Shown: positions 32,470 to 47,800, numbered from the stretch's first letter. The stretch is DNA of 64,000 nucleotides from Oikopleura dioica (GCA_907165135.1 OU015569.1:8804001-8868000); one strand, 5' to 3'. The notes: a model not told the origin generated them from the letters alone. A program made the numbers and translations.

Positions 32470-35036
32470 TTATATCTCTACATTCAGCAAGTCAGTGACG
32501 AATTGGTCTATTTGAATGAATTGTCTATTCGTGTCCAGTCCAAATGCTTTGCCACATTGTAGCATTGCTAAAACAAGTTAACTTCGAAAATGAAATCAAG
32601 TATTTACCTCTATCAGTGTAATGTTTTTTCCAGAAGAACATGAACTGAAAAACATATACAAGGGCAGATTTTTCTTTAAATTTTTCGATGTCTTTGCAGT
32701 CTTTCTCAATTTTGAGAAGAAGATCTAAATCATTTTCTTTTCAAGTTAATATTCTGCTCGATACTTTTCAACTCCGGCATTGCACAACTTGATAGCTCCA
32801 TGAAAATCGTAATGATAGAATTAACCAACCCTAGGTTCATCGTGTCAGTTCCGCCCATAGCTTCCAGTCAGTTTTCTTGCAAGTTTTACAATATTTCGTT
32901 ATCTGTCCTGAGAAACCGATCCTTCACATGCTCTCAAAATCCATTTGATGAAAAAATCTTGCGTTTGCAGTTTAGTTGATGCTTTGGTACCCTCACTTTG
33001 TGGAATTTTGGAAAGTTTTCGTACAATGTAGTGACACTCAATAGGGTGAGCAATCAGAAGTGCAGCGAAAGATGATGGGCAAGCGCGATCTAGTAGACTA
33101 AACTTAGTGATTATTTTGGCTCAAAATAAATTTTAAAAATCACTGTACGTTAAAAACTTATTTGGATGCTTGTAAAGTAGAGCTCCGAGAAGATAACACA
33201 TGCCGGACAAATCTTCCAATCCAAAATATTCATTCTTCAAAAGTCGCTGGATGATAGCTAGACGAAAAAATTAAGATACAATAATATTTGTCAAAGTCAC
33301 CTGGTATGAGCATTTTGCTATGATCTTGCGAAATTTCTCCAGTTTTTACCATGGACGTAAGTCCTTGGCACAGCCAGTATGCTGTCTGACTCTTTAGCGG
33401 AAAGTTGAGAAAGATAATGACTAGCCGGTCGACGGGGTTGTCCTTTGATTTTAAGCTAAGTTTTCCCATTTTAGACGAGGGCTTCAGCTCTATTCTGTAT
33501 TGATGCACCCCGAATTCTTGCACGGCATAGATTATTCGCATCGCGAAGATCTGTAGTGTATTCACAAGCATACTCTGCTCGGTCGAAAAAACAAAATCAA
33601 GTCGCTCAACTAAATCGCCAACAAACCCATTTTCTTTTTTGTTGGATCAAGAAAATTGCCTTGGTGAAAACATAGAAATTATTCTGAAGTTCCTCGCCTA
33701 TAAGCATTTGGCAGCCAAAAGGTTCAGTGGCGACAAGGTTAAGAAGCCGAATAGCGAAGATTTTATAAACACGCTCAACCATGTGATAGTAGTGAGTTCT
33801 ACTCTTGCCGAAATATGTTCCAAGGTCTTCGTTGAACGTTGTAAAAATCCACGGCGATATGACGTCATCGTAACTACAGATTCCATGCTCAGTAGGTGGA
33901 ACTCTCGTGGCCATTTTGCAAATTTTGTTGATCATCGCCGGAGTTTGAATGATGTACAAAAGATCTGCTCGAACAGGCTTTACGCAACAATCGAGCTGCT
34001 CGTCCTCGATTCGGATCTGCTGTACCTGTTCTGAAAGCTCTTTCGGAGGTTCTTTTTGCCTAGAAAGCGATCATTCTTTCAAAAAAATTAAAGGACTCAA
34101 ACCTGGTATCTGCTGCGTTGTTGCCGACGCTTGGCTTTACCTTGGCGTTTTCACAAAGCTTAAACGTGTATGAAAAGAGGGCTTGGCAGACGAAGGCCAA
34201 TCGTTTTTGCCATTTGTCGTTGATCTGTCGAAGAAGATTTGGTAAATCGCACACCTCTTTCAAACGAATTTTTTCTTCTGAGTTGCTCTGCCAACATCTT
34301 CTAAAACTAAAGCAGCTTCGACGTAAATATTCTTCGTTCTCTTCCCGAGTAATGTGAAAAGCGACTTCAGAAAGAACCGGTTATCGCCGAAAGTAGCGGC
34401 CACGCTGGGATTGTGACAGGCGATAAAATGAAATACTCCTAGTGCCCGTTTCGCGAATCCGAAAAACAAGTCTGGTAATTGCTCGACATCACCATGAACG
34501 ATCGGTAAGTATACATGATTGACGATACTCTTCGTTGATGTCAATGAAGTCAACGATCGGACGGCGACGAGCCAGCCTGCCTCATCTTGTAATTCAAGAA
34601 TCACCCGATCAAGATTATCGACAGCATCATAAAGGAGTTCATAATCTGCATTTTCGTAGTTGCTGACCTGGTAATGATCAGATAAACTACTTAGAACAGA
34701 AAGGATTTCGACAAGCTGGGCATGTCGAGCGGAAATAAACTTTTGCTGGGGATGAATGAGATGACCTTCTTCTTCGTCTTCGACACCATCGTCTGGGGTG
34801 CCTGTCAATGCCGCTTTAGGCACATTTGAAATGCGGAATTTATCACCGTAACAAGCACGTTCTCTGATCTGGTGCACAATATTTCTCTTGAGTTGACGAC
34901 GACGACCGAAGACCATTTTTATTTTTGAAATATCCTGCCTAAAATTGCACTCAACGTTTGACTCAGAGGTGATAAGTCCATCACTATCAAGACCTGCTAA
35001 AAGCAACTGCAAGCAAATGCTGGTGTACTGCTCCAA
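32470..35036 (-). CDS. TRPC4AP: TRPC4AP (TRUSS)-like protein, multi-exon
   Basis: FGDNRFFLKSLFTLLGKRTKNIYVEAALVLEDV, EVCDLPNLL...LAFVCQAL, QENLGLVNSIITIFM and MFFWKKHY resemble TRPC4AP segments as I recall them (NDFVIFLFTLMTSKKTFLQTATLIEDI, LDEVPNLSSL, QENVSCLNTSLVILM, RFWQQHY), in the same order. Confidence 0.7.
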
Positions 35037-35208
35037 TTAAAGACAAATAAAGCCAAAGGAAGCAACCATGACGGTTTAACCACTTTGCTTGCACCTTATT
35101 TTATAAGTTAAATATCTTTATTTTGAGAAACATCATTGTTTTTTCAATTTGTGGATGTTCAACGGAGCAGTGAAAAGATGCAACAAAAAGTAGTTTCAAT
35201 AGTAATAT

Positions 35209-36493
35209 TTATAAGGACAGAAAAAGTATCTGAAGATCGTAGACACTCATGTCTTGAGAATGGTGATAAGTGGGAATGTTCGTCGACGTTCGAAAATAAT
35301 AATAGCAGCGAGAGTGAACGTAATTACAGTGTGAACCTCCACTTTGTCTTTCAACCAATTTGAAATATTCGAGAAGAGGCTTTTCTCTTTATTCTCCGAC
35401 AATGATAACAATTCTTTCTTGAGGCTATCGATTTGACCTGTAAGGTCTTTGATACGTGCGTCTTCTTCTGTTTGTATGCAACTAAGATAAACGGTCTCAA
35501 ACAGAATAAGAACCTGTTACAAACCTGTCTTTTACCTTACAAACTATTGTTTGCGTTCCGGAACTCTTCGTCATATTGGGTTCGTAATGAGGGAAGCTGC
35601 TTGGATACATTGAAATCTCGTCATCGAATTCTTGATTTTGGATCTCCTCGTTCTCTGCGACTAAACGACCACCAGATACTCCTGTAAGGGTTTCTTCAAC
35701 AAGAGCTTCAAGGGCTTCAGGCGCGGGAACCTTCGCAGGACGCCCCTTCTGGGGGGCTTTTTTGCGAGGAATCGGCTTCTCTGGATTCCTGTCTTTCCAT
35801 TTGAGGACCGCAGAGACACTTGTAAAGTTGCTGTCTGTTGCCCATTTGGTGGAAATCTCGGACCCGGTGCCTTCACCTCGTTCATCATGGTTATAATTCT
35901 GCTCTCGCATTTCGTATCTAAGAATAATGTTATGTTTGATTTCTAGATTTCAATAACTCACGTAGCAGCCAGGTTCATGTTATAATCCTCATAAATTATA
36001 GATGGATCATAAGCGTTTGTTTTTAGTTCCATAACGTCTTCATTTGATGGATCGAGATATCCCTCGCCAATCATTCGATTTACAACCTCGTCTGTCCAGC
36101 AAAGGAAGAATTCCTCCTGGAATCCGAACGGGTTTTCTGTGAAACTGTCTGTCATTGCCTAAAATTATGACAGAATAAATGTAAATAAATCAAGAGGAAC
36201 TCACCCTAATATAACGACGACCTCTATTCCCATTTTGATTCCCATTAGTTATATTCCACTGAGCATCTCCATCTTCGGTAAAATGATTATTTGAGCAAAG
36301 AACACCACAGAATCTTTCCCGTTCATCAAGCTTTATTCCGAAATCGGGCTCCCTCATCCAGCATCTTTTAGGGGGAACGACAACCACTTTTTATAAGATG
36401 ATGAGAAAGAAAACAGTTGATCAAATCACCTTGGTAAAATCCCGCTCCGCAACCACATGTGAAGTCCCGGTTCAAATAGAACTTAGGATCCAT
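35209..36493 (-). CDS. Hypothetical multi-exon protein (Cys-containing N-terminus, short C-terminal coiled coil)
   Basis: In-phase GT-AG joins: MDPKFYLNRDFTCGCGAGFYQ|VVVVPPKRC...FCGVLCSNNH...YIR|AMTDSF...LAAT|YEMREQ...QIDSLKKELLSLSE. No homolog recognised. Confidence 0.45.
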
Positions 36494-36862
36494 CGCCGAC
36501 TACCCTGCTTGCATATATCTAAAACAAAAAAGATGAAAATTTGAATACTATTTTATTGAATTTTCCAGAAGACACGAATTTACAAATTTAGTAACGAACT
36601 GCACATGATAACAAAAGTCAGCTCAGCTCAGCTGATAGTTTGATGAAGATGAGAGGCTTCTTTGTAACATAATAAAATAATAAAGAAAAGAAAACTAAAG
36701 AAAACGAACAGGCCTGAATGTGGCTTGGAATAAGGGATACTTTGGGAATTTGTTTTTGGATTTGAGAGTAAGTTGGTATTTGTGGGTTTACTTTGATCGG
36801 TAACTTTGAAGAGATGGTAATTGAAATATATAGAAAATAATAGCGAAATAGGAAATCTGCTG

Positions 36863-39800
36863 CTAGCGCCGGCGTCTTCTATAGCCACTATAATACGAAT
36901 CCCTTGAGGAGCTCCGCGACGATCTGGAATAGCTTAATCACAATGTAAATGGTAAGCTCGCTGAAGCTCTCGAATTTGAACTAACAGCTGATGATATAAG
37001 ATCAAGTTGGGGACGCGCTGACTTACGCAACAGACTTTCTTGCGTCTGCGTGAAGTAGATTAAAGGCGCTAAAGAAGGCCTGTTTGGTAGTTCAACCGTC
37101 CCTTGGATCAAGTAACACTCGCATGCTTAAACATTAAAAAGAAGGTAACTTGCCAGTTTCGCTTTCACCTTGGCAATTTTTGGCGTTGAACCTACATGAA
37201 TTTAAATTAGGGATTAATAGGTAGAATCACCATGAACAATATTACCTATAATAGGATCACTACAAATGTTTTTTTATCAGTTTGGTTTGTTTATAAAAGG
37301 GAACCGAAGAAGAAATTTTAAAAGTTTACCTCCGAGAACGAGTTCTGTATCGTGACCTCGCTCGGGAACGAGAACGCGAATAGCTTCTGCTCCGAGAGCG
37401 GGCTGAACTGAATGAAGATGATCTTGAGCGGGATCGGGAACGAGAACTCGACGAGTAATGTCTCCTACTGCGGGAGCTTCTACGCGAGCTTCTCCGTGAG
37501 CTCGAGCGACGGGAAGATCGGCTCCTTGATCGGGATGAAGACATGGAGGAGTGCGAACGTCGAGATGAGTCAGAGCTAAAATTATGCGTTAACGGTTATC
37601 ACGAGCATCTAAAAATCCCGAAAGCATTGATTTGAGACGCTTGATAAGAGTAAACTCAAATCATGCTTACTTCAGATACGTGAAAGCTGACAGTGAAGCG
37701 CTAGTTAACGTTTCTAGGTCGGAAATTATGAAAAAGAAAGACGGTGAAATTCAACTCAAGTGAAAGTCAAAGAATCTATCTAATAGATAGATGATTAATA
37801 GTCTATTCGATAAACTAGCCATTCACTGTAAGATGTCGGTTTTTTTTGAGGTTGACTCTATGAGTAATTGAATATGGGTTTCGGCAAAAAGGGGTACGTA
37901 ATAATACCTGGCGTTGCAACAGAAAGTAAACGCTGAAAATAAAGTGTTGAGAAATGCGGCGTTTCAAGTTATAATTGAAAGTCACTGTCCGCAGCGAAGG
38001 ACAAATACGCCAAAATTCTACCTGTAAGATCTCGATCTAGACGAGCGGCTGGAATAACTTCGATCACGGGAGTAGGAACTTCTTCGTGAATAACTGCTTC
38101 CTCGAGACGAGAAGGACGATCTTGATGACGATCTGCTGCTAAATGATATGGTTACTCGAGTTTCCTTATTGTCGATAACTTATCGACTAGTTTTTCATCG
38201 CTTATAACATAAATCGTGATAAGCAATAAGGCGTTCCGAGAAACGATGTGAAAATGGCGACTTATTTTTTCAAGTGATGATAGTGACATATTCATGTGAT
38301 CATGCAATAAAACTTTAAAATCTTACATACCAACAATCTTCAACAGAAAATCATACAATTAGAAGAGCCTTTTAGAAAAAATCATTTATTCAAATTGAAT
38401 TTATTTGATTCATGTGGGTTACTTTATCCGGATAAATGAGTTACCTGTAGTCAGGGGTGATTGACCGCCGGATCGACCCTACAATCAAAATGAATATCGA
38501 CAAAATTTACATTTACACGAAAAATTACCGATTGTAGATGGCGTGGAGATCACGGGTGATTCACAGGGGCTGCATTTGGGTGATGGATCGGCGGCGACTT
38601 TGCTAGAAAAACATAATTATACAATGTTCAAAAGGAAAAACTTCCTTCCAGGCTCGCGATAGATTTTTCACTTTGAAAACTCAAAGTCAGATGGGAAGAG
38701 TGTTTGAAGTGGATTGAAATGTAATCAATTCAATGTGGGGCGAGCAAAGCAAGCCAAATTTATGCCGAATAAGGGCACGGCGGTTTGGAGGAAAGATATT
38801 GTTAGACCGCGCGGTGTGACCAGCAGGCAACCAAACGAACACTATTCCGCGGACGCGTTTTCATTAAATTCGTGAAAATGGTATCGACCCCACTCGGGCG
38901 CTACTAAATGCGAAAGCCTCGGAATGCGTGAAAAGAATATTTTACCAAAAATTTAGTCAGAGAAGACATTGATGAATCTGTGGTGCGCGGCACCGACCAG
39001 TCGGGGGAATATTTTTTTAATAAAGATGGCTATCACTGTCTCACCATTCCTAGCGCCGCCACCTAGTCGGAACGTAGAGGTAACAATTAGCAACTATGAT
39101 TTCTCGGACATAAACAGGGCCTGTGAGAGAGGAATTTTTCGAGCAATCGTATGTAGAAAACGATGTCCGATGAAAGATCATTTTTCTGCGAGAATGAAAA
39201 TTTTAAGAATAAAACGGAAGTGGTGAAACGGTGCGACGTCTTTGAATATCGCGAGCTTTGAGTGACTTCCGGTGGCGGAAGCGAGTGGCCGGTTGGTATA
39301 CATTGTACCAGTGAATACTCGAAAATTATTTTCCAGATTTTGAGAAACTTATGCGGCTCAGAATGAGGCCACATCCGAGTGGTCTCGAGAAACGTCTTTG
39401 TCTTTGAATAAGAAGCGAGACTTCTTGAATATTAAATATTAATATACTCTCTTACATATTTCCTTCTCCACATAAGTCCACCCGTATAAAAATATAAATT
39501 AATATGCATCCGATAGACGCGCGTATTTGCAGGCTATTCTCCGCAAAGTCGCCTATTAGAGCATGACCTTATCGCTATTTAACCGGTTGGTGTAATCTTA
39601 TCAGTTAATATATTAACTTGTCCTTATCAATTTTAAAATTTTACTGCATCACCTGCCGGGCGCGCACGAGCGGCAGAAATGTCAAATTCAGCCCTCAACA
39701 TTTTCATTTTCAATACAGAAGTAAGTTTAATTGGAATAAGCGTATAATGTGGCTAAATACTACGCGACGATTAAGCACTTACTCTTGAGTAGGCCAAGCA

Positions 39801-41880
39801 AGTCTTACTCTGGAGCGTGGTATTTCTTTCCTGTCGGAAATTAATTTAATTTTTAAACCTTGCCAAACTCGCGAAAAACTAGCTCTTCCTCCGCTTTATG
39901 CGGAATCAGAGTTCCCGGATATGAAAACATGTTTTCCATTATTTTATTAAAATAATGTACTTTTGCTAAATCTTTTCTGGGCGTCGTGATATTGTGAAAA
40001 TACTCCCCGAGCAGAGGCAACGTTTCCGTTAGTGGTTCTCCTCAGGGGAAGAGAAAAAAAGAATCTCTTACGCTTTGAGATTCGAAATTCAGCAGAAACA
40101 CGAAGGCGTTTTAGCGGAGTGCCGGTTTTTATCGAATATGGTGAATATGAAAGGAAGACAAATGGTACGGTTTTAGTGAAAGTCATCCCGCTCGAGAAAA
40201 AGTCAAAATATATCTACCGCAGTGTTGTGATACGGCCGACCAGGGGATGATAATTTCCGCTTTCCGGCTTCCTGTCGGAAGTTGCCACGAATCTCTTTTG
40301 CTTGTCTAAAAATCATAATTTTTGAGAAATATTTCCCGGAAAGCGACCCCGCTCCCACCCAAGCGCGGAGAAAAAGATGCATTCTGACGGTTTGCGATGA
40401 TGATTTGAAATAATAACTCAAAACGCGTCTGGATCTGTTTTCGCCGCGGTGAAAAGATAGAATGAGAAATGTCAAAACTCCAGCTGCGGGAGCTTCGCTC
40501 AAACTGTTTAATTTAATAAGAGGTTGATTACGAAAAAGTGTGCAAGTGCTGTGTAAACATACATTAATGACATATTCACCTGCATCCGTATTTATACGGC
40601 TGTACATGATAATCGTTCTTATTCGAGTTATTTCAATAAGCCGTAGCTATTGAATTAGCGAAGTTGAAAAATCTGGGCGGGGCCAGGAATGTCGCTTTAA
40701 TAATTTTAGGGCAACAGATTAATATGGTGTAGCCCAAGAATATGTATAAATAAAAGGGACGGGAAATACCAATCATTCATCAGGAAGGAGTTTGAATATA
40801 ATTACGCCAAGCTAGCTTCAACTTTCAAAGGGGCTCAAACACGTTCTGCCAGAAACTGCAAAATAGATCATCGCTGCCCAAATTGATAACATTAAGGATT
40901 AAGGATTCGGCGAAAAGGTCGCAGCTCGAGGAAGTCATAAGATCTACTAATTGGAGAAGCTAACTAGAAATATAAACAGGAAGAGTGAAATTATAAATAG
41001 CCCTCCCGGCCGGATGCGTTGAAAAATCTCCTTTTCTGGAAGAGGAGAAACCTCAGTCTGCCCTACAATTTCGACCCCTAATTCATTTCCGCTACAAATC
41101 AAATGGTTACCACGGGCAGAATTATATCCGCCGCCTTCCGGCAGAAGCAGCTCCTTCTTCAAACAACGTAAAAAAGGGTTGATGCACTAGCCGAGTAAAA
41201 AAGACATTCGGAGTTTAGTTTATGCTCATTATGGAAAAATGTAGCGACTTCCGGGTCGCTTGACGCCAGATGTTAGTTCCGGCGCATTCCTCGATCCGGG
41301 AATACCACAATCGTTGAGCCCGGAAGGTTATAAAAAGTAAGTATACTTAGTAGTATTTACTCGAGGTGCTCTGCTATGTCGATGCGAGATTTATAAATTC
41401 GGACAGCGCGGCGGGCACAGCGCACCACATGTCGTTTTCGCTCCCACTCGTCTGAACACATTTTAAACCTGCATCAACTCGTGAAAGTCTAACCTGGATC
41501 AGGAGGGAGTTCTTCGAGAGGCAGGGGCGGCAGCTCAGGCTCGGGCTTTGTTGGGGTGACCGCAAAAATAATTTCGCTTTCGATTAGGGCTTGTTGCAGA
41601 GCGGCCTCTTGTTTGATCATTTCATTAAGTTTGATCATTAAAGTCATTGCTCAGCAGAGTGGCCGGAGAGTCCTTTCTTTTGGTAATTTGATATTAAAAT
41701 GTTAAAATTTAATTGTGTTTAAAATTGTGTTTTGGGTCACGAGCCGGAGGGGATTGAGAGCCAGGGCATTCGTAGTCAGGCAAAGGAGGGACGAATTCAG
41801 GAGCCAAGGGCGGTTCTGGAGAGGGCTCTTTAGTTGGGAGTTTGGCGGCGGACTCTTCGTGGCGATCTTTGTTTCTCGAC
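36863..41880 (-). CDS. Protein with a long Arg/Ser-rich C-terminus and Pro-rich upstream exons
   Basis: Phase-2 exons ~38021-38137, ~37329-37577 and ~36863-36930 join into a continuous RS tract ending DSYYSGYRRRRR*. Upstream candidate exons (38445-38604, 40985-41880, possibly 45636-45700) encode EPSPEPP and LPPLPLEELPPDP; their linkage is tentative. Confidence 0.5.
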
Positions 41881-44800
41881 CTGAAGGAAGCGTCAGAAAT
41901 AACGATTATGGAAATTAATGGTTTTGCTACGAGCAATAAGTGTGAAGTTGAACGAAAATGAAACGTTTCGGCTGATGTGAGACGCAAACCGGCCACGAAC
42001 GGTCATTGACAGGCAGTTATAAATGGAATAATGTGGCATGTCAATTTCACTACTTTAGAAAAACGAAATTGTCGCCCAATTATTCCGAATTTTATTTGAT
42101 TATATTTGAATATGTTAACAAATTGCTCGCCCCGGGTGATACAATTTGTTAGCGGGTAATTTTTATTTTCCGCCAAGTAGAAGCGATTCACTTCGATCTT
42201 TCAAAAACATCAATTAAAATAATAGTATTCCAATTATAGAGCAGCGTCCCTCTCAATGTTTACTAGACTGTCTTATGTACGGATAATATGTTTTTAAATC
42301 GCCTTAGCTTGTGGCCGGCGAGACGAAATCAGTTTCCCAAGTTTAGCGGTAGCGGATAAATAAAGAAGCATTTCGCATTTGCGGCCGGATTATTTTAGAA
42401 ATGACGACTTTTGAGAATATTTGTAGCGGAAGTCGTTCGCATTCTACAAGAGTGTATTCGATTTCTTGTCAGTTTGTTAGTTGGCATTCTGTTTCAACAA
42501 TTTTAATCAAGCGCTCGGTATCTGCAAATTACGGGTATAAGAAGACATTGACGGATTATAGCTAACATTTCACATGAAAATGGAATGAAATTAATTACCG
42601 GGTCATTTAATCGTGTATAATTTCTTACAGAAAAGCGACTCAAAATTCGACGCATGGTTTTGATGGATCAGGCACCGAAAGGCGCCCCAGCCAGGCGCCC
42701 AAATTCAAATTTTTACAAAAACGCTAAGTGAAACGCACAACCGGTATTTTGCGCTTCTTCGACAAGAAAGGCCTCTGGAATTTACAAATATATCCGCTTC
42801 CACTTTCTTTGATGCCCGTAACAATCACTACAAGTTACTCTTAAATGCGCCAATCCAATAATTCCTGCAGAGCGGCAAATTAAATTTGCGAATTCCATTT
42901 TCGTTATTACGCCTTCGTCCTCTTCAGCTTAACAATAAATAAATTAGCTGCTTATGCACCTGCCAGTGACGCCCATAAATATCGCCGTAAATACGCGAAA
43001 ATAATTAGAAACTTATTTTCGCAGGGTTTAATTTCATCAGGTGTTTGATCCACTACTGGCGCGTGAATTTCGCGATCCGATTTAAAATCGGCTAATGCTT
43101 TGCCTCAGTCCGCCCATTGTTTTCCAAATCCGCCGCGCGTGAAAGTACTCACTCTCGATTCTGCGATTCCGATCATCCCTTTTTAGAAATAAGTTGTTTT
43201 TAATTGTGATCGTTTTCCCCGTTTGTGTTTCCAAACCGAAACTTCGGAATCAATTCCGGCAGGGGCTATATTTAGCGCAAAGACTGATATTCGTATATTT
43301 TTGGGGCAGGTATCGAATGACTTCCGCTTGGGGTGATTAAGCTCACAATAATTATACTCAGCGCGATTGTGTTCCCGGCCGCGCTGCCAAGCAAGCGGGC
43401 CAGTACTAGTCTACTACTATCAAGCGCACGATAACGCGGGCTAAGGAAACACGGAGTTCTTGATACCGACACTGGAAAGATGTGCGTGGTTTCGCATTTA
43501 TGAGATTAATCTGAATGATAACGCGCCGTAAACGTTAATTGCATTTGCGTGCTTATCGCAAATCCATCCATATTTCGACCACTATTTGGTTGGTACTATT
43601 TTTATGAAATACAAAGAGCGCCACGATAATCCTAATCCCATCTGCCGCAAGAATACTTCCAAATAGCGAATTCGAAAATAAAATTGAAAATCGAGAAGCC
43701 GCCTGCGGCTTCGAGGAAATTGAAGATAAATGATGTTATTCTCTATTTTCAGTCACCCGACTGGGCAACCTGTGATCAAGACCTTTTCAAAACGAAGCCG
43801 CAAAGCGACTTCGCCAGAATCTTGTAAAAGGGTGAGATGCTGATCTTTGGGAAGTGTCGCCAGTTCAGTTAGTTTCGCCAAAATACTTCCATACTACGCC
43901 TGGGAAGACGGCAGAAAATAAAGAAGGGGTTCAAAGGAGCAGCTGCTGGGTGGGGAAGAGTGCCTTACCCGTTATCTGCTTCGTTTTGCCTTGTCGGAAG
44001 CGTTTATCGCTTGAAATAGTTGCACTTGTGGGTTGTTGTTGCGCGGAAGTGGGAAGCACGATTTTAATTAATATTTTCGCAATCGAAGATATTCGTAGTC
44101 AAAGTGCGAAATGATCATTTCAGGATTTTGTTAAAGCTCGTGATTAACTCGAGCACCGCGATTTTGAAAATCAAAATTTTGGCAAGAAACATTCGCGAGT
44201 GCATAATTTCACGCTTCCACCCAATCGCCCGGATAAAACATCAAAGAGCGAAAACATTTTTAAAAAATAGAAATAGCTTTTAAAGCGAATAAAGGCTATC
44301 TCGAAAGGCGATACTAATAATTCGTCGTTTATCAAATTGAAGACGAGACGAAAATGAGCAAATTAGAACTCGCTCTTACGGAAAATATATTTTTCGTGCG
44401 ATTATTAGCTGTCTCTGTGAATAATTGACACGAGGGGCTGAATGGCTCAGAAATGACTGAAACACGATCTTAGAATGCATATTACAAGCATAAAATGCAT
44501 CATGTTTACATCGATTTTAAAATGTCAGTGGAGATCAGAATTGACAATTAAATCGTGTAATGCAGCCGCTTATGATGACCTGAGATATAAGAGAATAACA
44601 CCGCCGAATGGTAATTTGCAAAGTGGGAAACAAAGCCCGTCTCTGGTCCCCCGCCGCCGCCGGTAGAAAATTTTTAAGCAGCGGAAAAAAGAATTTGTTT
44701 GATTAACCTTGTGCCAGCTTGGCCGCAGCGCTGGCATTATTTAATTTGATGCATTATTGGCCGAAATATAATTGTGTCCCTCCAAGCCGCAAACTCATTT

Positions 44801-47800
44801 CACATTCATTTTGGGAGTTACCTTTTCTTCAAATTGAATCGGAAGCGCTGGTCACTTGGGTCGCGCAGGGTCTGAATAGAGATCCCAGGCCCGAAGTTGT
44901 TCGAATAGCTGAAAAGAATGATGAAGGCGAATGTTTGAATACTAGATCGCTCTAAAGTGTTTCAGCGAAACGCGGCCTTTCGTATCACTTCCGAAGCTCA
45001 TCATCGCCCGAGAGCTTTCTCTATCGCGTCGAAATGAGCAGAAATCTCGAAGATTATGTCAAACATATTTCAATGTGTTTTAGTTTAAAACCAGCGCCGG
45101 ATACACCCATCACGCTATCGTCTTACTGAGCTTGAGTTTCAACTGCTTTCTTGCTTGTGTTTAATTTGTTCTCACGTACCCACTTGCCGTATTAATGCAG
45201 GAAGTGATAGGGCGTCGAAAAAATAAACCCGCTTTAAGCACTAACAGTTTATTTTATTAGAATCAGATATAACCCCACAGTTTGGAAAGTGCGCCGCCCC
45301 AGTTCTATACTCAACGCTTGTCAAAATAAAATAAAATCCTAAGTGGCGAGATTTCATCTAAAAACGCCAAAAAGAAGGAATTCGCGCTCATTTCCCTCTC
45401 AAACGGCGCCCAAATTGCCAATTGAAAAGAAAAGAAGACGAAATATAATTTCACGTGTCGCGAAAAATTTTTTTAATCTCTCGCTCTTGATTCTCCTCAG
45501 CTAGAACTATGTCCGCTTTAATCGCGTTTTAGCGATAGAAAAAGCTCACTAATTCGAAAAGGACGGCTTCGGGAAAACGAAAAACTTAGCCGCGCTACGT
45601 CATTTTTGGTCGAGTGAGTTGAATCAATTCTTACCTGGCTGGAGGAACTGAAGAAGAAGCCGAATTCGGACATTCTTGAAAGCTCGACTTGAATCCACTT
45701 TAGCAGCCTTTTTATTTTGCAAAATTATCAAATTAACAATTTTACAATCAAAAAATAGAATTTAAACTTCGAAGATAATGTTTTCAAGGCTTTCCTTTGC
45801 GTAAAAGTCTCGGAAGTCATTGCATCGTCATCTGGTCATGTTTTATTTCGTCAAATTTGTCTAAAAAGCGCGAAATTTTAGAATAATCAATCGATCAGGA
45901 ATAAAAACACTTTGTCGCCTCGCCCCGTTTGATAGTTCACTGTAATCCGTCAATGGGAATGTCGAGCGACAAAGACTAAGAGGATGAATGTATCCTCAAT
46001 CGAGCAATGAATTAATGATCCAAAACACTTTTTTACGGCTTCCCGCGAACGCTCTTCAACTCTAATCCCCTTCAACTTAACAATATCCAATTTGACTAGA
46101 CAATTCTCTTTTTAAAAATTTATACAAATTTCAAATTATCCTTCACAGATGCGTGGAATTTTCAAAGATTAAAAAGACAAACTAAGAAAATAATAATTAA
46201 AAAATAAATAATAATAATCGTGCAGCATTTCTATAAAATCAGAAATAGGTTTCTTCTTCTGAAAAAAAATCTGTCTCTTTTGGCAGCTGGAAGGGATGAA
46301 GAGCGCGTGATGAAGGGAGAAGCTAATTCTAATCTTGAGACGGAGGAGTGAGCTTGCTCGATTGTTGGCTCAGAGCGCGGCTTGACCAATGGGCGCGCGC
46401 GGAAAAAGGCGAAAAAGCAATTCCACTTACAAGCAACTTACAGGCGATGCGACCATTGACAGTTCACATTTAAAACAAATACGAACTAGAAGAGACGCTT
46501 CTCAACTTGGTCTCACCGCAGTTATCAATTTCAGATAATTGCAAATTTTGAAAGTTACAGTAGTTACTTTTCTTTTCGTTGAAAAGGTGATTTTTGGTTA
46601 ATATTTTAATTCTATTGTTTGGTGCTTTTATCTGTGTGCGCATTTGAATGCTGAATTTGATTAGGCTCGGTGGAAAATATCATTGGCGGATTAATTAGTC
46701 TCGAATATTTCTGCATTTCCAGCGCGCTCGCCAAAGTCCCTGCGGTTTTATCGAATTAGGAGCCTCCTCTTGAACAAAATCGAACAAAAATCCCGTCAAT
46801 TATACAAATACCAATCCGAATTCAATACCAAGCCGAAGAAAAAACTAAAGAAAATCGAATCAATTACAACTCTCTTCCCAAAACCACTACGCTTTGAAGC
46901 TACTGTAACTTCGAAAATCGACTTCAAGATCGAAAAGCCGCTAATTTTTCTTTTGCTCGAAGCCGCGCGCGGCTTCTCGACTTGCAGCGAAGCTAGACTC
47001 GTAACGAAGGCGACCTTTCTTGCGTCTGAGTAAAGTCGATCTTGTTGCCAGTCGATTAAACAGTTAATTAATTAGTATCTTAAGTGGGCTTAGTAAGGTG
47101 TGAGTTGACGATCGTGTGAAGTATTTCTTTGGAATGATTTTTGAATTAATTGGCGCTCGGTGGACTCGAAAATGGTGCAATTTGCGGATCTGAGGTGTTT
47201 CATTTTGAACAGCTTGAGCTTAGCGAATATATTCAAAGGCAATTCGAACTGATCCAAAAATTGGCACTTGAAAATGTTCATTGTGGTCTTATTATACCCA
47301 CTAGAGCATCTTTTTTTACAGGCAACATGGTAATCCCCAAATTGTCGCACAAAACTCAAAAGGCCCCAAATATCGCCCGAGTGGATTAGCCATTATTACT
47401 TGCTTAGCCGCAAAAATAATTCTATTTTTCTATGACAAAGGATGGACTTAGGGCGCAAAAATAATTGTGCGCGACCAATTAGCCACGGAGAGCCGGGAAA
47501 CGCCAGTGTGTACTTTTTCACTAAATCGCAGAGTAATGCAATTCGCCACTCCAGTTACTGCGAGTAAATTCCTGCCAAAAACTAAGAACGCTATTGATAG
47601 ATTTTATTCACAAAATAGGGCGCGTCGCTGGATATCTATTTAGCGCCTTATCACAGAGAAACGTCTTTTTCTGGCGGCGTTTTTAGTCCTTCATTGAGGA
47701 GCCTCTCCTTATCAGCAGGACTGATTAACGAACCTATTTCTTTGTTGACAATTTGCTTCTGAGCTTAGGAATTAAAATTATCGAATTCCATATCGCACCA

